DNA of 64,000 nucleotides from positions 62,001 to 126,000 of the forward strand of contig OZ218962.1 in assembly GCA_965112735.1 (NCBI GenBank), given 5' to 3'. Shown piece after piece: positions 50,659-61,500 of the stretch. This DNA is from Phaeosaccion multiseriatum. Its lineage: Eukaryota > Protista > Ochrophyta, other classes. The notes under the pieces were generated by a model. It saw only the letters and a program-made list of their open reading frames with translations. It did no database searches and had not been told where the DNA came from. A program made the position numbers and the translations under genes. Within the stretch, counting starts at the first letter, position 1. Each line of letters begins with the position of its first letter.

Positions 50659-52267
50659 CAAATAACCAAACAAAAAATGTCACGCAGGGAATAAGCACGG
50701 CAAGAACGATGCCGACCGTCTCAAGGGTGTACCTCCATCCGTCTGTTGAGTCCCCACCCTGGGGTTGAGTACTCCCTGAGATACTGTCCGTTGGCGGTGA
50801 CGTTGGCGGTGACGTTGGCGTTGACGTTGGCGGTGACGTTGGCGGTGATGTTGGTTTTGGTGGCACCGAAGACAGGTCCAGATATAGTGTAACAAAGTCT
50901 TCGCCCCCTTCGTTGCTCCCACCGTTAAAGCTTCCCGTTGTGGACCCCGCGAGAGCGAGAGTGTTGTCAATTACCCCACAGGTCTGAATTCTGTCATCAC
51001 CATCTGTCCCCCCTTGCCATCGCCACAATTCAGTGCCGTCCATGGGGTCAAGACCCACGGCGACAAAGCTGAAGTCTTGAGTGTCTCCAGTGGTGTCGGC
51101 GAAACTGCCCAACGTGTGTCCCGCCAGAACGACGGTGGGGCTCTCCTCCCCCACCAATAACGTGGATGCCGTAAACCAGTCATGAAAGCTCGTCCCATCC
51201 TGCCAGCGCCACAGTTCTGTGCCGTCTGTCACGTCCAGGGCAACCGCGACGAAATCTGATTCTCCCGCGTTGGTACCGCTGAAGCTTCCAACCGTCTCTC
51301 CCGCCAGCACGAGCCTCCCGCTGTCCACTAACGTGGAGGTCCGAATCCTCTCAAAAGCACTCGTCCCATCCTGCCAGCGCCACAGCTCTGTGCCATCTGT
51401 GGGGTCCAAGGCAACCGCGAGGATATCTCTATCTCCTTCGCTTGGCCCGAAGAAGCTTCCATCCGTCTCTCCCGCCAGCACGAGGATGGTCGTGTCAACA
51501 AGTAATGGGGAGGCGGCAATCCTGTCGAACACACTCGTCCCGCTCTGATATCTCCACAGTTCCGTGCCGTCCGTGGGGTCCAGGGCAACCGCCAAGCAGT
51601 CGGAGTCTCCCATGTGGGACCCCGGACCGTCGAAGCTGCCATATGTGCTTCCCGCCAGCACAAGGGCGCTGCTGCCCCCCTCTAACTTGACTAAGGTCGA
51701 GGTCTGAATCCTGTCAAACTCACTCGTCCCATCCTGCCACCGCCACCGTTCTCCGCCATCCGGGTCCAGAGCCATTGCAACAAGGTCGAAGGATCCCTTG
51801 TTGGTCCCGCTAAAGCTGCCATTCGTATAACCCGCCAGAACGAGCGTCGTGCTGTCCACTACTGTGGAGGTGTACATAATATCATCCCCCTTGGTCCCGT
51901 CTTGCCAGCGCCACACTTCCGTACCATCCGTCCCTTCCAGAGCCACCGCAACAAAATCTGACGCCCCTTCGTTGGTCCCGCTGAAGCTTCCATCCGTGAA
52001 ACCCGCCAGCACCTGCGTCGTGCTGCTGCCCACGATGGCTGATGAGGTGTAGATGCTGTCCATCTCACTCGTACCACCCTGCCAACCAATGTCTTCACGT
52101 AGGGAGGGGAGGGTCATGACAGCTGGTGCCCTCCCCATGAGCAGCAACAGCAGTAGCAACGTAGCCTTCTTCCATAATGATGGGAAGGAGGGGGGATGAC
52201 AGCGGCCTCGTCCCTGCCTATATTTATATATATTATGCTCAATGCTTGGGAGCACGGGGGTCTTCAT
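50531..52267 (-). CDS. Intronless seven-repeat beta-propeller (SBBP-like) type I membrane protein; C-terminus contributed by the hAT element
   Basis: Seven ~55-aa repeats VLAGxTxGSFxGxNxGxxDFVAVALDxxDGTELWRWQDGT, a (TSPP)n stalk and TM VGIVLAVLIPCVTFFVWLF. Start is uncertain (ATG 52267, ATG 52138, or an out-of-frame ATG at 52175). Confidence 0.8.
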   Translation of the reverse strand: MKTPVLPSIEHNIYKYRQGRGRCHPPSFPSLWKKATLLLLLLLMGRAPAVMTLPSLREDIGWQGGTSEMDSIYTSSAIVGSSTTQVLAGFTDGSFSGTNEGASDFVAVALEGTDGTEVWRWQDGTKGDDIMYTSTVVDSTTLVLAGYTNGSFSGTNKGSFDLVAMALDPDGGERWRWQDGTSEFDRIQTSTLVKLEGGSSALVLAGSTYGSFDGPGSHMGDSDCLAVALDPTDGTELWRYQSGTSVFDRIAASPLLVDTTILVLAGETDGSFFGPSEGDRDILAVALDPTDGTELWRWQDGTSAFERIRTSTLVDSGRLVLAGETVGSFSGTNAGESDFVAVALDVTDGTELWRWQDGTSFHDWFTASTLLVGEESPTVVLAGHTLGSFADTTGDTQDFSFVAVGLDPMDGTELWRWQGGTDGDDRIQTCGVIDNTLALAGSTTGSFNGGSNEGGEDFVTLYLDLSSVPPKPTSPPTSPPTSTPTSPPTSPPTDSISGSTQPQGGDSTDGWRYTLETVGIVLAVLIPCVTFFVWLFAVLRNHRKKHDANHESQDPGHDLVDNAPAPHHIMHNVMSRDI

Positions 52268-52598
52268 ACTTGTTGGGCCTCCCCTCCCCTCCTCTTTCTT
52301 CCCATGGGGGAATGAACATCTTGATTTTCTTTTCTTTTGGCCGGGATCGCTCCGCCGGGCTGCCCACGAATAAAATAAAATAAAAAAGCTGAAACTGAAA
52401 CTGTATATTTTCGCCGCACTGCTTTTCCACATAAAGTTCCTCCTCCTCTTTCGATGAGCTCAGGGAACGAGCGACCCTCATTCGATTGAGCTCCCCTCCC
52501 CGCCTAATCTCAGTGTCGAGGTCAGCCGGGCTTAATTAGCCGGTCTGAAAAAATTAAAAAAAATTAAACAAGGCCGGCTGGCGCCGACCAGAACCATC

Positions 52599-52843
52599 GG
52601 CCCTGGACAAGGTTACAGTGTGCGCCGGCCATAATCAGTAATCAGGCCGACTGGCGCCAATAATCAGTAATCAGGCCGGCTGGTGCCGGCTGGTGCCGGT
52701 CATAATCAGTAATCAGGCCGGCTGGTGCCGGCTGGTGCCGGTCATAATCAGTAATCAGACCCGGCTGGCGCCGGCCATAATCAGTAATCAGGCCCGGCTG
52801 GCGCCACAATCAGTAATCAGGCCGGCTGACCTTGTCCAGGGCC
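52599..52843. mobile_element. MITE-like element with 15-bp perfect terminal inverted repeats and internal tandem repeats
   Basis: GGCCCTGGACAAGGT at 52599-52613 and ACCTTGTCCAGGGCC at 52829-52843. Interior has about 6 copies of ATAATCAGTAATCAGGCCGGCTGG(C/T)GCC. No clear TSD. Confidence 0.55.
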
Positions 52844-53350
52844 AAGAACCAGGAACCAGGGTGCCTCAGAAAACCATGTCAGGGGCCGATGCGGCCTGCG
52901 CCCCCCAAGCGAGGCTCAAGAAACTCAAAACTCAAAGTCGCACAGAGCGCCACTTCCCCTCGCGCGAGCGGAGCTGAGCGGAGCTGCCGTTGAGCAGACC
53001 CCGTTCCCTGCCTTACCAACAAGGCGCCGCTAGACTCCTCCCCTTGTCCTGCTATCCTGCTATCCTGCTGTCTTCCTGTCCTCCTATTCCGCATCCTGGT
53101 GGCAAAGTACAAAATGAACTTATTGAAGGGCGCGCTTCGCTCGGCGAGATACACGCACCATCGCCTGCCCTAGACTACCAGCCAAGAAGGCACCGCTTTG
53201 CTTGCCTGTCTGTCCGCCCCCTGGCTGCACTCAGAGGTGGAGAGCAGGTGGGCGAGGCGACGTTCACGGCAGCGAGCAGCCCCCAGTGCGTGCCGGAAGT
53301 GCCTCCTCGTCCCCCTCGGGAAGCCCCGTTGTCCGCGACTCCTTCGCTGC

Positions 53351-55466
53351 TCAGGTCGTGGGGGGATCACTGCTTGGGGGGGGAGACTGACGAGCAGAGA
53401 GGAGCGACTGGCATCGTGAAGGAATGCCACCGCCAGCCACATCCCCACAAAGGGTGCCGGTCAAGTAGTTCATGAACAGCTCGGAGTCGAGACACTGGGG
53501 TTCAGCGAGGCCTTGAAGTGCGTCACATCCGCCGCTGAGAGGGAGTGGAAGAGCGATGCAGCACGGACGAGACAGATATGAAGGGCGGGCGAGACAGGAG
53601 AGCGAAGTCAGTGCGAGTTTTAATGGTACACCAAGCACGTGGTGATGAGCTTTTCAACGCAACCTAGTCACCAAGTTGGAGGTTTCAACGCATCAGAAAG
53701 GCAAGGAGGAGCGACAAAGCCACAAGCCTGTCTGACTCATCTCCAAGCTGGAGTGGGGACTTACTTGGAGACAAAGGCGTGGCAAGAAGCGTCATTGCTG
53801 GCGAGCTGTAGATAGCTCTCCGACACGCTTGCTGCGCAGGCTATGCAAGCAACATCTGCGGCACAAAGGCTTGACTCTCCTGCGGCAAGAGCGGGGGGCG
53901 TATCCGCTGCCACGTCGTTGCTGAGTGAGCGGATAGCATCGCTTCCATCCACGTCCTCCGAACCATCGCTTTCATCTGCATCGCTTTCCTCAATGCAGTT
54001 ACACTCATCATCGCACTATAGGGTTCAGGTTTCCGATACATTGAGGGACGTGCGGCAAGAGGCAACAAGTCGAGAGGTGGGGTCAAGGAGTAGGAGTGAC
54101 AGTGACAGCAGAAAGGGTTCGGCCGAGAGAAGCAGCAGCACAATAGACTCTTAAGTGTCATGAAAGTGGTAGGTAGCCAAGGAATTTACCACAGAAGATC
54201 AAACATGGCCAGCCCCGCCCCGTCCCCCTGCTGACCGCCTTCGCCTCACTCATCTCCCTTCCCGCCCTCACCTGGCAGGAAGTGAGGCAATGGTTGCACT
54301 TGTTCAGCTCATACGCGCCGCTTTCCTTGATGCACTCGCAATTGTCGTTACACTTACAATACCGACAGACGGTACACTTGTCCCAAGCGTACTCGATGCA
54401 ATTACAGTCGTCGTCGCACTGTGCGGGTTAAGGGTGGGGACGTGAGGTAAGGAGGCAAGCAAGGAAAGGTTAGGGCAGCACCTTGAGAGAAATCTCTTGA
54501 GACAGAGTGTGAGAGGCATAGTCCAGACACCTACTCGTGCAAACACTCACTCACTCACTCACGTACTCACTCACTCACTCACTCACTCACTCCCTCACGC
54601 ACCCACTCACTCAGGCACCTGCTTCTCACGCAAGCAAAACCCCAGTATGGCACGTGGCTACACACACACACACACACACACACACCCTCACTCCCTCCCT
54701 CTCACCCACGCACGTGCTCGCTCATTCCACTCATACACTCACTGACCCACTCACGCACGCACGCACGCCCCCACCCAAACGCGAGCACCCACCCAATTAT
54801 ATACTCACTCACTTCCTTCCTATCCCACTCCAAAATATGAAGAGACTACAGGGTCTATAGGCCGCTCGGCCAAGGTCTAAAGCAGAGGCTGTTAGCCCGC
54901 CTGGAGCCGATGACAGAGTAGACGAAAAACGGCCTGCCCCCCTCCCTTTCCTTCCTCACCTGGCAAGACTCGCATTGTTTGCACTTGTTCTCAGTATCCT
55001 CTATACATTCGCAATCCGAATTGCACTGTGAGGTCAGGAGGACAAGTCGAAGAGAGAAGGGACAGCCGAGTGAGGAGGAGGAGGACCGGAACAAGAGACA
55101 CTTGAGGTGAGTGAACTGAACTGAACTGCAGCCAGGGGATTGAAAGAATATAGATTTGCCTCGCCGCTGACGCACTGGCGTGTACTGACTCCGCTCGGTT
55201 CACTCACCTGGCAGGATTCGCATTTCTTGCATGGGTCGTCCTCCGAAGCTTCGGCTTCATCAATGCAATCGCAATTGTCGTCACACTACCAGGGTCAGCG
55301 ATCGACAGCGAGGGGACGTGTGGTCACAGATGTCCGATTAGCAAGCCATCAACTCAAGACGGAGGAGGAGGAGGAGGAGGAGGAGGAGGAGGAGGAGGAG
55401 GAGAAGGAGGAGGAGAAGGAGGAGGAGGAGGAGGGGGAGGGGGAGGGGGAGGAGGAGGAGGGGAAG

Positions 55467-55502
<36 letters not shown>

Positions 55503-58500
55503 CAGTAGGAGGAGGAGGAGGAGAAGGAGGAGGAGGGGGAGGAGGAGAAGGAGTAGGACGGGGGGGAGAGAGTTGCAGCTACCGCCGTTCTTGAGTCGCC
55601 TCTCTCACCACTCACCTTGCAGGATTCGCATTTCTTGCATGGGTCGTCCTCCGAAGCTTCGTCTTCATCAATGCAATCGCAGTTGTCGTCACACTGCCAG
55701 GGTCAGCGATCGACAGCGAGGGGACGTGTGGTCACAGATGTCCGATTAGCAAGCCATCAACTCAAGATCGAGGAGGAGGAGCAGCAAGGAGGAGGAGGAG
55801 GAGGAGGAGGAGGAGGAGGAGGAGCAGCAAGGAGGAGGAGAAGGAGGAGGAGGAGGAGGAGGAGGAGGAGGAGGAGGAGGAGGAGGAGGAGGAGGAGGAG
55901 GAGGAGGAGGAGAAGGAGCAGGACGAGGAGGAGCAGGACGAGGAGGAGGAGGAGGAGGAGGAGGGGGAGGAGGAGAAGGAGGAGAAAGAAGAAGAAGAGG
56001 AGGTGGAGGGGGAGGAGAAGGAGGGGGAGGAGTAGGAGGAGGAAGGCGGGGGGAGTTGCAGCTTCCGCCCTTCTTGAGTCGCGTCTCTCACCACTCACCT
56101 TGCAGGATTCGCATTTCTTGCATGGGTCGTCCTCCGAAGCTTCGGCTTCATCAATGAATTCGCAGTTGTCGTCACACTGCCAGGGTCAGCGATCGACAGC
56201 GAGGGGACGTGTGGTCACAGACACCCGATTAGCAAGCCATATACTCAAGACGGAGGAGGAGGAGCAGCAAGGAGGAGGAGGAGGAGGAGGAGGAGGAGGA
56301 GGAGGAGGAGAAGGAGCAGGACGAGGAGGAGCAGGACGAGGAGGAGGAGATGGAGGAGGAAGGGGGGGAGAGTTGCAGCTACCGCCCTTCTTGAGTCGCC
56401 TCTCCCCCCACTCACCTTGCAGGATTCGCATTTCTTGCATGGGTCGTCCTCCGAAGCTTCGGCTTCATCAATGCAATCGCAGTTGTCGTCACACTGCCAG
56501 GGTCAGCGATCGACAGCGAGGGGACGTGTGGTCACAGACACCCCATTAGCAAGCCATATACTCAAGACGGAGGAGGAGGAGCAGCAAGGAGGAGGAGGAG
56601 GAGGAGGAGGAGGAGGAGGAGGAGGAGGAGGAGGAGGAGGAGGAGAAGGAGGAGGAGGAGGAGGAGGAGGAGAAGGAGCAGGACGAGGAGGAGCAGGAGA
56701 AGGAGGAGCAGGAGAAGGAGGAGGAGGAGGAGGAGGCGGAGGAGGAGGAGGGGGAGGAGGAGAAGGAGGAGAAAGAAGAAGAAGAGGAGGTGGAGGGAGA
56801 GGAGAAGGAGGGGGAGGAGTAGGAGGAGGAAGGCGGGGGGAGTTGCAGCTTCCACCCTTCTTGAGTCGCCTCTCTCGCCACTCACCTTGCAGGATTCGCA
56901 TTTCTTGCATGGGTCGTCCTCCGAAGCTTCGGCTTCATCAATGCAATCGCAGTTGTCGTCACACTGCCAGGGTCAGCGATCGACAGCGAGGGGACGTGTG
57001 GTCACAGACACCCGATTAGCAAGCCATATACTCAAGACGGAGGAGGAGGAGCAGCAAGGAGGAGGAGGAGGAGGAGGAGGAGGAGGAGGAGGAGGAGGAG
57101 AAGGAGCAGGACGAGGAAGAGCAGGACGAGGAGGAGGAGGAGGAGGAGGAGGAGGAGGAGGCGGAGGAGGAGGAGGAGGAGGAGGAGGCGGAGGAGGAGG
57201 AGGCGGAGGAGGAGGAGGAGGAGGAGGAGGAGGAGAAGGAGGAGGAGAAAGAAGAAGAAGAGGAGGTGGAGGGGGAGGAGAAGGAGGAGGAAGGGGGGGG
57301 GGGGAGTTGCAGCTACCGCCGTTCTTGAGTCGCCTCTCCCCCCACTCACCTTGCAGGATTCGCATTTCTTGCATGGGTCGTCCTCCGAAGCTTCGTCTTC
57401 ATCAATGCAATCGCAGTTGTCGTCACACTGCCAGGGTCAGCGATCGACAGCGAGGGGACGTGTGGTCACGGATGTCCGATTAGCAAGCCATCAACTCAAG
57501 ATCGAGGAGGAGGAGGAGGAGAAGGAGGAGGGGAAAGAAGAAGAAGAGGAGGTGGAGGGGGAGGAGAAGGAGGGGAAGGAGTAGGAAGAGGAAGGCGGGG
57601 GGAGTTGCAGCTTCCACCCTTCTTGAGTCGCCTCTCTCGCCACTCACCTTGCAGGATTCGCATTTCTTGCATGGGTCGTCCTCCGAAGCTTCGGCTTCAT
57701 CAATGCAATCGCAGTTGTCGTCACACTGCCAGGGTCACGATCGACAGCGAGGGGACGTGTGGTCACAGATGTCCGATTAGCAAGCCATCAACTCAAGATC
57801 GAGGAGGAGGAAGAGGAGGAGGAGGAGGAGGAGGAGGAGGAGGAGGAGGAGGAGGAGGAGGAGGAGGAGGCGGAGGAGGAGGAGGAGGAGGCGGAGGAGG
57901 AGGAGGAGGAGGAGGAGGAGAAGGAGGAAGGCGGGGGGAGTTGCAGCTTCCGCCCTTCTTGAGTCGCGTCTCTCACCACTCACCTTGCAGGATTCGCATT
58001 TCTTGCATGGGTCGTCCTCCGATGCTTCGGCTTCATCAATGCAATCGCAGCTGTCGTCACACTGCCAGGGTCAGCGATCGACAGCGAGGGGACGTGTGGT
58101 CACAGACACCCGATTAGCAAGCCATATACTCAAGACGGAGGAGGAGGAGGAGGAGGAGGAGGAGGAGGAGGAGGAGGAGGAGGCGGAGAAGGAGCAGGAC
58201 GAGGAGGAGGAGGACGAGGAGGGGGAGGAGGAGGAGGAGGAGGAGGAGGAGGAGGGGGGGGAGGAGAAGGAGGAGAAAGAAGAAGAAGAGGAGGTGGAGG
58301 GGGAGGAGAAGGAGGGGGAGGAGTAGGAGGAGGAAGGCGGGGGGAGTTGCAGCTTCCGCCCTTCTTGAGTCGCGTCTCTCACCACTCACCTTGCAGGATT
58401 CGCATTTCTTGCATGGGTCGTCCTCCGAAGCTTCGGCTTCATCAATGCAATCGCAGTTGTCGTCACACTGCCAGGGTCAGCGATCGACAGCGAGGGGACG

Positions 58501-61500
58501 TGGTCACAGATGTCCGAATAACAAGCCATCAACTCAGGACGGAGGAGGAGGAGGAGGAGGAGGAGGAGGAGGAGGAGGAGGCGGAGAAGGAGCAGGACGA
58601 GGAGGAGGAGGGGGAGGAGGGGGAGGAGGAGGAGGAGGAGGAGGAGGAGGAGGAGGAGGCGGAGGAGGAGGAGAAGGAGGAGGAGGAGAAAGAAGAAGAA
58701 GAGGAGGTGGAGGGGGAGGAGAAGGAGGGGGAGGAGTAGGAGGAGGAAGGCGGGGGGAGTTGCAGCTTCCGCCCTTCTTGAGTCGCGTCTCTCACCACTC
58801 ACCTTGCAGGATTCGCATTTCTTGCATGGGTCGTCCTCCGATGCTTCGGCTTCATCAATGCAATCGCAGTTGTCGTCACACTGCCAGGGTCAGCGATCGA
58901 CAGCGAGGGGACGTGGTCACAGATGTCCGAATAACAAGCCATCAACTCAGGACGGAGGAGGAGGAGCAGGAGGAGGAGGAGGAGGAGGAGGAGGAGGAGG
59001 AGGAGGAGGAGGAGGAGGAGAAGGAGCAGGAGGAGGAGGAGCAGGGCGACGAGGAGGAGGAGGAGGAGGAGGAGGAGAAGGAGCAGGAGGAGGAGGAGGA
59101 GGGGGAGGAGGAGGAGGAGGAGGAGGAGGAGGAGGAGGAGGAGGAGGAGGAGGAGAAGGAGGAGGAGGAGGAGAAAGAAGAAGAAGAGGAGGTGGAGGGG
59201 GAGGAGAAGGAGGGGGAGGAGAAGGAGGAGGAAGGCGGGGGGAGTTGCAGCTTCCGCCCTTCTTGAGTCGCGTCTCTCGCCACTCACCTTGCAGGATTCG
59301 CATTTCTTGCATGGGTCGTCCTCCGAAGCTTCGGCTTCATCAATGCAATCGCAGTTGTCGTCACACTGCCAGGGTCAGCGATCGACAGCGAGGGGACGTG
59401 TGGTCACAGACACCCGATTAGCAAGCCATATACTCAAGACGGAGGAGGAGGAGGAGGAGGAGGAGGAGGAGGAGGAGGAGGAGGAGGAGGCGGAGAAGGA
59501 GCAGGACGAGGAGGAGGAGGAGGAGGAGGAAGAGGAGGAGGAGGAGGGGGAGGAGGAGAAGGAGGAGAAAGAAGAAGAAGAGGAGGTGGAGGGGGAGGAG
59601 AAGGAGGGGGAGGAGTAGGAGGAGGAAGGCGGGGGGAGTTGCAGCTTCCGCCCTTCTTGAGTCGCGTCTCTCACCACTCACCTTGCAGGATTCGCATTTC
59701 TTGCATGGGTCGTCCTCCGAAGCTTCGGCTTCATCAATGCAATCGCAGTTGTCGTCACACTGCCAGGGTCAGCGATCGACAGCGAGTGGACGTGGTCACA
59801 GATGTCCGAATAACAAGCCATCAACTCAGGACGGAGGAGGAGGAGGAGGAGGAGGAGGAGGAGGAGGAGGAGGAGGAGAAGGAGCAGGACGAGGAGGAGC
59901 AGGGCGACGAGGAGGAGGAGGAGGAGCAGGAGAAGGAGGAGCAGGACGAGGAGGAGGAGATGGAGGAGGAAGAGGGGGGAGAGTTGCAGCTACCGCCCTT
60001 CTTGAGTCGCCTCTCTCGCCACTCACCTGGCAGGATTCGCATTTCTTGCATGGGTCGTCCTCCGAAGCTCCGGCTTCATCAATGCAATCGCAGTTGTCGT
60101 CACACTGCCAGGGTCAGCGATCGACAGCAAGGGGACGTGTGGTCACAGACACCCGATTAGCAAGCCATATACTCAAGACGGAGGAGGAGGAGGAGGAGGA
60201 GGAGGAGGAGGAGGAGGCGGAGAAGGAGGAGCAGGAGGAGGAGGAGGAGGACGAGGAGGAGGAGGAGGAGGAGGACGAGGAGGAGGAGGAGGAGGAGGAG
60301 GAGGAGGAGGAGGAGGGGGAGGAGGAGAAGGAGGAGAAAGAAGAAGAAGAGGAGGTGAAGGGGGAGGAGAAGGAGGGGGAGGAGAAGGAGGGGGTGCAGT
60401 AGGAGGAGGAAGGCGGGGGGAGTTGCAGCTTCCGCCCTTCTTGAGTCGCGTCTCTCACCACTCACCTTGCAGGATTCGCATTTCTTGCATGGGTCGTCCT
60501 CCGATGCTTCGGCTTCATCAATGCAATCGCAGTTGTCGTCACACTGCCAGGGTCAGCGATCGACAGCGAGGGGACGTGTGGTCACAGACACCCGATTAGC
60601 AAGCCATATACTCAAGACGGAGGAGGAGGAGGAGGAGGAGGAGGAGGAGGAGGAGGCGGAGAAGGAGCAGGACGAGGAGGAGGAGGACGAGGAGGAGGAG
60701 GAGGAGGAGGAGGAGGAGGAGTAGGAGGAGGAGGGGGAGGAGGAGAAGGAGGAGAAAGAAGAAGAAGAGGAGGTGGAGGGGGAGGAGAAGGAGGGGGAGG
60801 AGAAGGAGGGGGAGGAGTAGGAGGAGGAAGGCGGGGGGAGTTGCAGCTTCCGCCCTTCTTGAGTCGCGTCTCTCACCACTCACCTTGCAGGATTCGCATT
60901 TCTTGCATGGGTCGTCCTCCGAAGCTTCGGCTTCATCAATGCAATCGCAGTTGTCGTCACACTGCCAGGGTCAGCGATCGACAGCGAGGGGACGTGGTCA
61001 CAGATGTCCGAATAACAAGCCATCAACTCAGGACGGAGGAGGAGGAGGAGGAGCAGGAGGAGGAGGAGGAGGAGGAGGAGGAGGAGGAGGAGGAGGAGAA
61101 GGAGCAGGACGAGGAGGGGGAGGAGGAGGAGGAGGAGGAGGAGGAGAAGGAGGAGGAGGAGGCGGAGGAGGAGGAGAAGGAGGAGGAGGAGAAAGAAGAA
61201 GAAGAGGAGGTGGAGGGGGAGGAGAAGGAGGGGGAGGAGAAGGAGGGGGAGGAGAAGGAGGAGGAAGGCGGGGGGAGTTGCAGCTTCCGCCCTTCTTGAG
61301 TCGCGTCTCTCACCACTCACCTTGCAGGATTCGCATTTCTTGCATGGGTCGTCCTCCGAAGCTTCGGCTTCATCAATGCAATCGCAGTTGTCGTCACACT
61401 GCCAGGGTCAGCGATCGACAGCGAGGGGACGTGTGGTCACAGACACCCGATTAGCAAGCCATATACTCAAGACGGAGGAGGAGGAGGAGGAGGAGGAGGA

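Noticed and set aside
53642-53736. Possible C/D snoRNA (GTGATGA...CTGA)
   Set aside because: It lies antisense to the host intron, with no terminal stem or recognisable rRNA guide.
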